A stretch of 63,706 nucleotides of DNA, counting the filler, from Hausera hauseri (Eukaryota): NCBI GenBank assembly GCA_046269625.1. It is 8 parts of 8 records of this genome, joined end to end, with 100 filler letters (N's around TTAATTAATTAA, not from the genome) between each part and the next. Parts side by side here need not be neighbours in the genome. Positions count along the whole stretch, not along the records: positions 19,936 to 24,182 come from JBJURY010678107.1; positions 24,283 to 47,891 come from JBJURY010022229.1; 6 more parts are not named here. The stretch is one strand, 5' to 3'. Within the stretch, counting starts at the first letter, position 1; every line of letters begins with the position of its first letter. This document shows positions 22,901 through 34,300 of the stretch, in pieces. The notes beneath the pieces are model-generated. The model saw only the letters and a program-made list of their open reading frames with translations, ran no database searches and was not told where the DNA came from. A program made the position numbers and the translations under genes.

Positions 22901-24182
22901 AATTTGTTGGTATTTCCTCCACTTGTCTGTTTTCCAACAAAGGAGGAGAAAAGTTAAGTCCATCATTAGCCTGTTATCGGCGTTGAAGAATTGAACACTT
23001 TTTTAGGATAAGAAGAGATGGCGATAAAGATTTTTAAAAGAAAAATAAAACTTTTGAACTTGTTTTTCAGACATTTGTGAGTACGGAGCATATTCTGACA
23101 AAGAGAACTGTGTGGCTTGTGAACCAGGAAAAACCACTTTAATCAGGGGAGCAAATTCACCTCAGTATTGCATAGGTTGACCTCTTTATTTCAAATCTTC
23201 GTGGCTTAGAATAGTCCACTTTTTTTTTTTTTTTAAGTTCAAAAATATATGCTGACTGTAAATGAATGACATTTGTTTCACAGATACCTGCAGTCCTGGC
23301 TGGTACTACTCTCTGATACATATGGCATGTGAGAACTGTCCAGATGGCTTGTACTGGAGTGAAGCAGATCAGATGTGTCATGTCTGTCCCTATACTTCGT
23401 TCAATGAAACCTGGTGCTTGCCGGGAGAAGGTATGGAAACTTTTTTAAGAACTGTGAAGAATAACAACGGTAACCAGTCTGATCAGTAATGATTTCTTGA
23501 CCTAATGAATTTTTCTTCTCACAGTGAGAGCTGTCAGTAATCCACTTGTAAATATTGAGATGGATATTAACATTGTAACACCCAGATGTCTGAGAGATGA
23601 TCCCGCATACTTTAATAACATAGATGAAAGAGAACTAGTTCGTCTCTTGGTATCCCAAAGCAACTCCTATTCAGGGTAAGTTAAAGCTTCCCAGTCCTTA
23701 TATGCCTGTAAGAAAAGATGTGCTTTATTTTATGTGCAACAAATACTGTTTCTCACTGTCTTGGCTAAAAAGATTTCATGGACTCACTGTAATTTCAGCC
23801 GGTTTTGCTCACCCTATGTTGGCTGTGAAAATGTGATCTCCAACTACACCGACAATAAAGTTTGTGTGCCAGACCCATCCTGCACTAGTACAGATACCTG
23901 CAAAATGTTCCATACCAGCATTCACATTGGTGTCTACCACATCTGGTAAAATTATTAACATATTGGGCCTAATAGCTAGTTAAAGAAAAAAAAGTTTGTT
24001 TAAATAGAAAAATGTCTTCAGTCCAATTAAATCCACTTGCGTCTTAAAAATGAGTCCAACTTATCGTAATCTAGGTCGTACATAGCATCTGTCAGTCAAA
24101 GCAATGGCCACGATCAAAGCACTGTAGACCTGCTGATGAGAAATCTCTATGACACAACACAGGTGTATCAGTGGATTCCAGC
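19936..24182 (+). CDS. 15-exon internal repeat unit (~660 aa) of a large extracellular protein: EGF and laminin-EGF-like, Ca-binding EGF, SEA-like and ephrin-receptor-like (GCC2/3) Cys modules
   Basis: The GT-AG exon chain was traced by hand with compatible phases. Examples are CANWTWGENCTETCNC, DINECNQTSSPC and CVACEPGKTTLIRGANSPQYC. No start or stop codon lies within the unit. Confidence 0.85.
24106..24182 (+). repeat. 77-nt exact terminal repeat of 19936-20012 (circular or collapsed-tandem contig)
   Basis: GGCCACGATC...GGATTCCAGC is identical at both contig ends. Confidence 0.97.
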
Positions 24183-24455
24183 NNNNNNNNNNNNNNNNNN
24201 NNNNNNNNNNNNNNNNNNNNNNNNNNTTAATTAATTAANNNNNNNNNNNNNNNNNNNNNNNNNNNNNNNNNNNNNNNNNNNNCAAAATTTTCTCTCAAGC
24301 TGATTTTATGCGGTTTCAAAGGCTGTGCCGACCTTTTTGTGGTGAAATATCCGGGCTAAAGCCAAACAGCTCCAAACAAGCAACATCACCCCGAGAGCAG
24401 CTTGTAAACCAGGCCAAATCGAGGTCTGTTCCCTGAATGTTCACTTGGTTGCAAG

Positions 24456-24545
24456 TGGTGCCCGGAACCGGAATCGAACCGGTACGACCGTTTAAGGGCC
24501 GACGGATTTTAAGTCCGTTGTGTCTACCAATTTCACCACCCGGGC
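24456..24545 (-). tRNA. tRNA-Leu(TAA), bacterial, CCA encoded
   Basis: GCCCGGGTGGTGAAATTGGTAGACAC...GGACTTAAAATCC...long variable arm...GGTTCGATTCC...GGGCACCA. Confidence 0.97.
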
Positions 24546-24591
24546 TGATGAGCAGGGCTGCCTGAAACAGGCTCGCCCCGCGTGCTGGCGA

Positions 24592-24607
24592 GGCGCGCAT
24601 CATAGCA
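24592..24607 (-). promoter_or_regulatory. Extended -10 promoter with GC-rich discriminator for the tRNA
   Basis: TGcTATGAT followed by GCGCGCC, about 50 nt upstream of the tRNA. Confidence 0.55.
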
Positions 24608-24818
24608 TGAGGAACTGTCAACATGCGGCATAACATGCACGACCACGCATCCCATGGCCGCAGCCTGTTGAGTCCCTGATCGGCCTGTCATTCCAGGGCA
24701 TATCCGCCCAACCAGTGCGGCCAGCCACACTGCTGTCAGATCACGTGCAGGAAACACCGCGCACGGTGTAGTACAAACGCAACTCAAACAGGTCACACAT
24801 AATGGCCTTATGGCCTGT

Positions 24819-25052
24819 CTAACGCCCCCTGGCTGAACTTGTCAGGCGCTCTGCCAACCAAATCTTGATAATGGATTGTCGGGTAACGCCCAATTTTTGC
24901 GCTTCCCGGTCGAGGGAATCCACCATCCAAACAGGGAAGTCCACATTGACCCGTTTGGGTTCCTGCAACATACGCCGCGCTCTGGACAAGTCCAGTGCCG
25001 CCGTCATGTCCAGGTTGTCATCAAACTGTTGTTCCAAAGTTTCAGCTTTCAT
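24819..25052 (-). CDS. brnA: Type II antitoxin, BrnA/CopG-like ribbon-helix-helix
   Basis: KRVNVDFPVWMVDSLDREAQKLGVTRQSIIKIWLAERL. Overlaps the upstream toxin stop by 11 nt. Confidence 0.88.
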   Translation of the reverse strand: MKAETLEQQFDDNLDMTAALDLSRARRMLQEPKRVNVDFPVWMVDSLDREAQKLGVTRQSIIKIWLAERLTSSARGR

Positions 25053-25314
25053 ACCAGTTCACCTCCTCCAATCGTGCACGACGAACAGAAATCAGCCGAA
25101 TCTTCTCGCCCCGATACGTGATAATGGCCGACCAAAAATTGCCATCAATCTGCCCTATCACCAAATACCTTGGCTCATCTGTCGTTCTGGCCGGAATTTC
25201 CAGCACATCAGGGTCATACCATAGTGCTTGGGCGCTTTTAAAATCCAGACCATGCTTCAGCAAATTGGCCTGACTCTTTTCTTCGTCATATTCAAACTGC
25301 ACCATCGTATACAA
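25042..25314 (-). CDS. brnT: BrnT-family ribonuclease toxin
   Basis: FEYDEEKSQANLLKHGLDF...EPRYLVIG...TYRGEKIRLISVRRA. Confidence 0.93.
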   Translation of the reverse strand: MYTMVQFEYDEEKSQANLLKHGLDFKSAQALWYDPDVLEIPARTTDEPRYLVIGQIDGNFWSAIITYRGEKIRLISVRRARLEEVNWYES

Positions 25315-25345
25315 ATTATACCCTTATTGCACCATTTCCAAGCAC

Positions 25346-25372
25346 CACCGCCACCCCGGTCAGGGATGGCGG
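25346..25372. terminator. Hairpin downstream of the giant gene (possible terminator)
   Basis: ACCGCCA-CCC...GGGA-TGGCGGT stem 25 nt after the stop. There is no clear U-tract on the minus strand. Confidence 0.35.
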
Positions 25373-25397
25373 TTTCAAAACGCTGTGAGCTGGCCTC

Positions 25398-28300
25398 CTA
25401 CCCCAGTATCATCTTGTGCTGTTGATCGTGCGGCAACATCACGCTTTGCGCCCAGTTTTGCAACACGGCAAGGTCGCTGTGTGGCACCTCATCCGGCATA
25501 GCGGCAGGTGTATGCAGGCGCGTGCAACCCAGATGCTGGTCACTACCAGCAGATGTCTCCAGCCCACGCACCAGGTCATTCGCCCACTGCGTGACATCCT
25601 GCGCCTTGTTGCTGCCTGTGGCTTCCTGCTGTTTCAGGAAGTGACGGGCAGCACCCAGATTGGCATCTATAATGGTGGCATGGGTAATGTTCTTGATATT
25701 CACCTCCCCGGCCTTCAACCCCATATCGTTCACCGCCATTTCAGTGAGATGGTTGATGTCTGCGATAAACTTGTGCCCTGGCTGCACCAGTCCGGCGGCG
25801 CGCCACAACACCACATCAGGATTATGGGCATCCTGTAACGCCAGCAGTATCTTGCCACGATAGCTGCCGGTATGGATTTCATAGTGCCCCATATTGTCCA
25901 CGAACGCCTGGTCCATCACATTACCCTTCTTGTCATACACCACCACTTTCAGGTGTTCGGCTTTATGTCCCATCAGGCACTTACCCTGATGCACACCATG
26001 AATCTGCGTGGTTTCAGGTTGGGTGTCGCCAAAACCCAGCGGTGCAGTGGCAACCGATACCGCTTCTTTTACAGGCGCTTTTGCGGTCACGGTTGTGGCC
26101 ATATTCAGCCCAAACTCGGTATCTGCCACTTTCATGGTGCTGCCATCTGCCAAAACAGCCGCAGTCTGCCCATGTTCACGCACGATGTCGCTCACCCGCA
26201 CATGCTGGTTATTGCTGGTGAGGTTAATCGCCTTGATGCCCCAATGCGCCAGGCTTCGCACTTCCCCGACTTCGCTCATGCCATTCTGGTTCAGGTCCTG
26301 CCACACCGCAAACTGGCTAAATTTTGCATCGCGTACGTCAAATACGCCGTCATGATTGCTGTCAAAGTTACGCAAACCTTCCAGGTCGGTCTTGCCGCCA
26401 TATGTGGTCAGCACATACTGGCTGGCATCATGCACCTTACGATCGCCATACTTGTCCCAGATCAGCATGCCGTCTTTGGCACCGACCCAGCCCATGGTGC
26501 CCTTTGCGGTACGCAACTGGCTGTAGTCCATCTGGCCGTCACGGCTCAAATCCAGCACCACGGGCGGCGTGCTGGTCACCGTATAGCTCTGACTGAAAGT
26601 GGTCTGGCCATCATTGCCATAGGCATCCTGCACCTTGAGTTTCAGCGTGTTGCTCGAAGCCGTCGGCAACGAATTTTGCAAGGTTACCGCCGTATAGAGT
26701 ACACTCAGCTTCAGCGTATCCACCCCGTAACCGCTACCGCTAGAAGTCGTCGTAGTCGTTTCGACGGTACCCGAAGTGTAGAAGTCATAATCACCGTTCA
26801 CATGGTTACCCGAGGTGGACTTGGCCTCGATCACCTGCGCCACAATATTGCCGCCGCTGTCGGTCAACCGCACATGCACCGCCTTGGTGTTGGTGCCGTC
26901 ATACCAGGCCAGCCAAAAGTCGCGTTGCCCGCTCGAAGACTGGAACAGAATCGGCGTGGCAGTCTTGCTGGCTCCGGAGGCGACACTGCTTCCGTTCAGC
27001 GAGCCACTGATGCCGGCCAGCGAGTTGATCGAAGAGATAGAACCCGCCGCCAGGGTGGTGGTAGAGGATGTGGTCACGAACGAGCTGGTGATGCTGCCCG
27101 ATACCACGTTGCTGGTCACATCGGTCCAGGTCGTACCGTTATTGACCGAGATCATCACTTTGTTGCCGGGCAGCACGGTGTCAGAAATACCCGCCGTGAC
27201 ATTCTGTGCGGCAGTGCTGGTGATAAAGTCCGTGCTGCTCGCGCCGTTGTCGTTGGAAAACGACACCTGGCTGAAGGTCTGGGTTGGTATCAACGAATAG
27301 GTCTGGCTGAGGGTGGATGACTCGTTACCTGCAACATCCTCTACCTTCACCTTGATGCTGTTGTTTGCCCCCGGTGCCAGGGTTTGATTCGTCGACACAC
27401 CGAGCACGCTACCGGGGAGCGTAACCGAGGTACCAGGCCCGTGCAGGGTGGTGTTCACCGTGGTTACATCGGCCTTGCTCACGCCGGTTTGTGTGGCCAG
27501 CGTGCTGTAAGTGGTAGTACCCATGGCATTCACCGAGCCATACACACGCAGGTTATTACTCTCAGCGGTTGTGTCATTACGCCCCCAGAGCTGGATATCA
27601 TCCACAAAATAGTTGGCACCCAGGTCATATTCTATGTACTTCTTGGTGCCAGATGCGACATAGAGCAGATTGGAGGTGCTGGACGTGCTTTGGCTATTCC
27701 AGTCACCGCCATAGGTGTTGGCATCGGTGCCCGCCGCAGGGTTGTGATAGATAGAGGACGAAAAGCTGGAATCTGCCCCGGCGGTAGCCAGCTTGCCGGC
27801 CAGTATATCCACTCCGTTCACGATTACCTTCACCCCGGTTAACGCCAGAGCCGAGCTGTCTCCGGCATCAGTGTGGTAAATGCGGATATAGCGCATGGCG
27901 CGCAAGTCGCTAATATGCGAAGCAACCACCTTCTTCCAGCTGTTTCCACTGTCGGTCGACAGCATCAGATTTTCATTGCTGCCCAGCGCGGAACTCAGAA
28001 GAGCCTTGATATTCTGACCCTGTACATTGGTCACAAAGTCGGTGCTGCTTGCGCCGCTGTCATTTGAAATCGAAAGACTGCTCAACACCTGCGTGGGAGC
28101 CGTGGTGTCCAGCGTCATCGTCAGGCTGCCCGTGCCCGATACATTCCCCGCCACATCGGTTTGGCGTACTTTCAGGGTTTTGGCACCATCACCGGTCACG
28201 GTAAAGCTCGATCCGGTGCCATTCACCCAGGTGGTGCCACCATCCACACTGTATTGCCAGGCTGCCCCGGCCTCCAGAGCACCCACATTCACGACTCCCA

Positions 28301-31300
28301 CATTGGTGATATTGTCGGTTGCACTCTGGCCGCTATCCACCGCCAGCGTCAGCGTAGGCGTGGACGGGGCAGTGGTGTCAATAACAAATGTCTTGTTGGC
28401 CAGATTACTGCCCGCAGGCAACGTGGTGGACAGTTGCAGCCCGGTGGCATCCTGCGGTGCCGCCGCACCGCTACCCAGCGCCACAGAGGTCACAGCCAGC
28501 GCCGCACTGTTTCTGCCGGCCAATACTGTATAGCTGCCGTTAAACACCGTAGGGTCAGTGGCCGATCGCGTGAGCACGACGGTATCGCCCGTATCCAGCG
28601 TGGCGGTCAGGGTGCTGTTGGCATTTAAGCTCTTGCTCACCGTAGCAGTAATGTCGATCACACTGTCCGCCTTGTAGCTGCCGTTGGCCGTCACGCTGCT
28701 GATACTGGTAATCGTGGGCACCACCGTATCAATATTCACCGTCACGCTGCTGGCCACCACGCGGGCACTGCTCAGGCTGGTTACCGACTGGTCCTGCACT
28801 GCCACTGTCAGATTATGTATGCCATCCGACAATGCGGCGGTCGGCGTAAATGTCCAGTTGGTACCGCTCAAGGTTGCCGTGCCAATCTTGACTCCGTTGT
28901 CATACACTGCCAGCTCTTCATTACCCGCCAGCGCAGCCGCTATCGTGCCGGCAAGTTTGGGCGTGTTATCGTGCGTGTTGAGTGTGCGCGTGCCCTCCAC
29001 CGTGGCACCAAAGGTAAACGCCCCGGCCGATATGGTTTTAACCTGGCTTTGCCGGGTCACATCGGTAACCGAATATTTGGCAATATCGGTGCGGGTGGCA
29101 AAGCTGCCCGGCAAATCGGTGTTTTCTGTGCCCATCACGTTCTGCGAAAGATAGATGCCCACATTGTTGCTCAACTGCGGGCCTGTATTATTGCGCCCCA
29201 CATAAGTCACACTGCTCACGTCATACACCGCACCCAGATCCACCTGCACCCAGGCATTGGTGCCGGACGAGATAGTGGTGCTCTGCGTGTAGTCGGAACT
29301 TGTCGTATTGCCATCTACCGCCATGCTGCGATTTTCGCTGGCACCGAATTCCCCCTGTGTGCCCACCTGCACCGCCTTGTTCAGCGCCACATTCTGCCCA
29401 CCCGACATCACCATGATCTCCGCGAATGACAGCTTTTTTTCCCAATCTCCGCCATTTGACAGCAACAGATCTTTCTTCACCAGCACATAGCGCGCCTTCA
29501 CCGTGCCGGTCACATTGGTGCTGGCCGACTGCACCTGGCTACCCTGGGTAAAGGTGCCCGCATTCCAGACAATCGGTGTGATCGAAGTACTACCGCCAGA
29601 ATCGGTAGAACCATATTGCACCTGGGCAACATCGGCACGGGTGCCGGTAATGCTTGGCAAGGCCGTCCCGGTACCCGTCCCCATGATCGAGTTACTCATC
29701 AGGATCGAGATATTGTTGGACTGGGCCTGACTGGCATCCTGGCGTGGCGCATACAGCACCTGCTTCAACTGGTACACCGCGCCCAGATCCACCTGCCACC
29801 AGCCCAGGGCCGTATTGTCAGTGGAAAACCCCTGCTGACTGGAGGCGATAATACCATCCACCGCCAGACTTCCCGCCGTAGTAGTACTGTTATTAGTGGA
29901 GTATGCACTGGTGGTTTTATTCAGTGCCACATTGACCCCATTCACATCAAAAGCCTGCAACTCGCCAAAACTCAGGTAATTGTCATTCGCCTGGTTGGCC
30001 TTATCCTTGCGTACCAGAATATAGCGCGCATTCACCGTGGTCACGGGCTGCACCACGCTCACATCACTGCCGCCCGAATTGTCAAACACATTGCTGATCA
30101 CCGCGTTTTGCACAATATGCGTCTGTTCTGCGGAGTACACGCTCAAGGCTCCGCCACCAGCAGTTTCCACGCGTATGCTTAGAGCATGTGCCCCCGTGCT
30201 CAGCGCCGTGCCCACCTGATAGCTCCAGTTGTATTTGCCATCGGTGGGCGCAGTATCAACCGTGGCATTGCCCAGCTTGGTGGTGCCGTCATATACCGCC
30301 AGCACATTGGTGCCGGAGAGCGGCATATCCAGCGTGCCCTTGAGCAGCGGGGTGGTGTCGTCACTGCTGCCAAACACGGTGAGGCTGCCGGTTACCGAGC
30401 CATTCAAGGCCATATCGTCGGTGTAGCCGGTGATAACCGGGGCATAGGGGTCAACCTTGACTGTCACCGCCGCACTGGTGCCCTCGTTATTACTGCCATC
30501 AAGATAACTCACCGTCACCACGCGGTCGCCAGTGGTGGCGCTGCTGCTCTTGAACAACAGCGCCTGTGCCAGCGCGCTCACCTGGGTTGTGGTGAATGTC
30601 CCACCCCCGTTTTTGGTAATCAGCAGCGTTTTGCTCGAAGCCGTATAGGCATAATCCACCGCCACACCCCCAACCGTCACATTGGTTTGTGTGGCGTCGG
30701 CTGACAGCGCCAGGTCGTTACCCAGTTTGATCTTGTCGTTGGTCACATCCAGCGCCACGCCGCTCAACACCAGTTTGAGCTTGGCAATGGCCGTGTAGGT
30801 TGGCGTTTGCACATTGGGCATGATCGCCTTGCCAGAAATCATTTCGGTGCTGTTCACCGTCACTGTGTTCACCGCCTGCACGCCAGTAACAGCAGTCAAA
30901 TCCACTGCATCCGGCAAGGGTGGTGGCACGGTGAGCGTCAGCGTGACCACACCGGTGGCGCTGGCGTTACCCGCCAGATCGGCATAGCTGATGGTGGCTG
31001 TCCGGTTGCCTGAATTGGGGCTGGTGCTCTTGAACAGCAAGGCCGACACCACCGCCGTAACATCGGCCGGGGTGAACGTGCCGCCACCCGCTTTACTCAG
31101 CGTAAAGGTCTTGCTGGCCGCCACATAGCTGTAATTCATCCCGCTCACCCCGCCTATCGTCTTGCTGGTGGCAGTCACGTTGGCACCCAGGGCAATATCC
31201 GTATCCAGCGTGAGTTTGTCCCCGGAGACATCCAGCGCCGCTCCACCCAGAGTCACGGTAATGCTGGTAATGCCGTCACCAGTACCCGGAGCCTGTATGC

Positions 31301-34300
31301 CGGAGGCTATGGCCACCCCGGACAGCGCGCTGGCGCTGCTCACCGCTATCGTACTCGTGTCCTGTGTGCCAAAGCTCGCCGACAAGTCCACCGCTGCCGG
31401 CGACGTGGTGTCAATGATGATGGTCTTGTTATTCGCCAGGTTGCTGGCTGGCAAGGCAGAAGACAGCACCTTGCCGGACAGGTCTTTGGGTTGTGCGGCA
31501 CCCGAACCCAGCGCAATGGAAGATACCGTCAATCCCGAGCTGGTCTTGCCCGAAGGCACGGTGTAAGTGCCCGTGAAAATCAGCGGGTTGGTGGCATCGC
31601 GTGTGACCACCACCGTATCGCCCGTATCCAGCGTCAGGGTTAGCGTGCTGCTCGCCGTGATGTTTTCGCTCGCCGTCACGGTAATGTTGATGCTGCTCCC
31701 CGCCTTGTAGCTACCGTTGGCCGTGCTCGAACTGATGCTGACTATGGTAGGCAGGGTTTCGCTGATGCCCAGGGTCAGGGTGTTGGAAAGCGCACGCGCA
31801 TTGGCCTTGCTGGTTTCACCCACTGCCTGCACCACCACGGAAATCGTATGTGATGCAACACTCAGGGGCGAAGCCGGGGTAAAGCTCCAGTTGTTGCCCG
31901 ATACCGTAGCCGCGCCGATTCTGGTGGTGTCATCATACACGGCCAATTCTTCCCCCGCACTCAGGGCAACCGCCAGTGTACCGCTGAGTTTTGGTGTGGT
32001 GTCCGCCGTGTTCACCGTGCTGACCGGCGTAAAGCTGTTGACCGTAATCGTCTTGCTGGTCGTGCCCGAGGCCAGATTGTTCACCGAATACTTGACCATA
32101 TCGGTGCGCGTGGCAAAGTTGCTGGCCAGCGCCTGACCCGAAGTACCCATGCTGTTCTGCGAGAGGTAAATGGCCGTGTTGTTGGACTGGGTGTAATCAC
32201 TCCCGGAACGCGGCGTGTAGGTAATGCTGCTGATCGCATACACTGCGCCCAAATCTATCTGCACCCAGGCATCTGTGGATATGCCGGAGCCCGCATAACC
32301 CGTCGAGGTAGAACCATCCACGATGTTGGCGGGCTTCCAGCTTGAAAAATCATACTGCCCCTGAGTGCCGATGGTCACGGTCTTGTTCAGCGCCACATTC
32401 GCCCCGCCCGCCATGACCGAGAGTTCCATGAAGCCCAAATAGTTATCCACTTCAGTCCCGGTCAGGGTTTCTTTTTTGACCAGCACATAGCGCGCATTGA
32501 ACGTATCGTCAGAGCCGCCGGTCTCCACGGCAGAACCCGTTGCAAACTGGCTGGCCAGCAGGGTAGAGACCTGACCTGCCTGGGTGACATTGGTGACCGA
32601 GTATTTGGCGGTGTCGGTACGGCTGGCAAAATCGCTGGCCAGCGCCTCACCCGAAGTCCCCATGCTGCTCTGCGAGAGGTAAATGGCATTGTTGTTGGAT
32701 TGAGCTTGATAACCCGAATCTTGCCGCGCCGTATAGACGACACGGCTCACGTCATACACCGCCCCCAGATCCACCTGCAGCCATTGACCCGTGCCATAAG
32801 CGGAGTCGCCTGTATGATAGCCAACATTTGCTGCGGTGCTGCCATCTACCGCTCTTCCGGGGTTCCAGTTGGTCGTGTCGTAAGAACCCTGCTGACCAAC
32901 GGTTACGGTTTTGTTCAGTGCCACATTGGTACCGTCCTTGTCATACACCGCTATCTCGCTAAAGCTCAAGATGTCGGCAACTTCCTTCTTCACCATCACA
33001 TAGCGCGCCTTGATGATCACCGGAGATGTCTGACTGACCGACACATCACTGCCGCTCGTGTTGTCGTACACCCGATTGAGCTTGACCTGCTGCACGCTAT
33101 ACGTCTTGACAGGTGAAACCAGCCCCAGCGATGCCCCGGTAGAGCTTTCCACCTGCACCTTGATCGGGTGTGCCCCCAGCGCAAGCGGGCTGGGCACGGC
33201 ATAAGTCCAGTTATATTTACCCGATGTCGCGGTGCCGTCTACCGTGGCATAACCAAGACGCACCAAGCCATCGTACACCGCCAGCACGTTGCCGCCGGTC
33301 AGTGCCGAATCCAGCGTGCCGTTTAACACGGGCCTGGTTTCGTCGCTGCTGGCAAAAGTGGTCATGGTGCCCGTTACCGAGCCGTTGGTGGCAGAAGCAT
33401 CCACATAGTTGACGATGGTGGGGTGATAATTATCCAGTTGCAAGGTCACCACGCCACTGGGGCTCACGTTGCCCGCCAGGTCCTGCCAGGTAATGGTGGC
33501 CGTGCGGTCACCCATCACCGTACTGGCTGTTTTGAACAAAATGGCCGCCAGCACGTTTTTGGCTTCGGTGGGCGTGAAACTGCCGCCGCCGTTTTTGCTG
33601 ACACTCAAGGTTTTAAGGCTGCTGTCGTATTGATAATTCAACCCGGCCACCCCGCCTATTGTCTTGTTGGTGAACAGTGCTGAAGTCGCGCTCAAGCTCA
33701 AATCTGCATCCAGAACCAGCTTGTCATTGGCGGCATCAAACCCGGCACCACCCAGTGCCAGCTTGAGCTGGGTAATGTCGGTGGCAGCCGGTGCCTGAAT
33801 GTTGGGCGCAATGGCCTTGCCGGCAGCGGCTTCGGTTAACGACCCCTGCACCGTGGCCGTGGCCTGCACCCCGTCGGTTGCCGCCAGATCCACCGCATTG
33901 GGAGCAAAGCTGTCAATGACAATGCTCTTGGTGTCACCCAGATTCTGGTTGTTGCTAGGCACAGCCGCCGTCAGCACCGTACCCAGGGAATCGATCGGCT
34001 TCACAGCGCCGTAGTTCACTGCCGTCACGTTCAAAAGACTGCTGCTCCTGTCCGCCGGCACTGTCCAGGTGCCAGTGAATAACTTCGCATTGTTCGTGTC
34101 ACGCGTGACCACTACCGTATCGCCCGTATTCAGCGTCAGCACCAGGCTGCTGCCCGGTATGACGCTCTTGCTCACCGTCACGTTGAGCACAACGGCCGTG
34201 CCCGTGGTGTAACTGCCATTGGCCAGGCTGGAGGTGATATTGCTGATCACCGGTGCTGCCGCATCCACCACCACCTGGATATTGTTGGACAGCACCAAGG

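Noticed and set aside
24599-24629. TTGACA...TATGAT as a canonical sigma70 -35/-10 pair
   Set aside because: The TTGACA hexamer is not at a spacing I can confidently call canonical, so only the extended -10 is reported.
24316-24796. Small ORFs around the tRNA; tRNA as an integration site
   Set aside because: The ORFs overlap the tRNA and its promoter. No integrase or duplicated tRNA 3' end is present in the contig.
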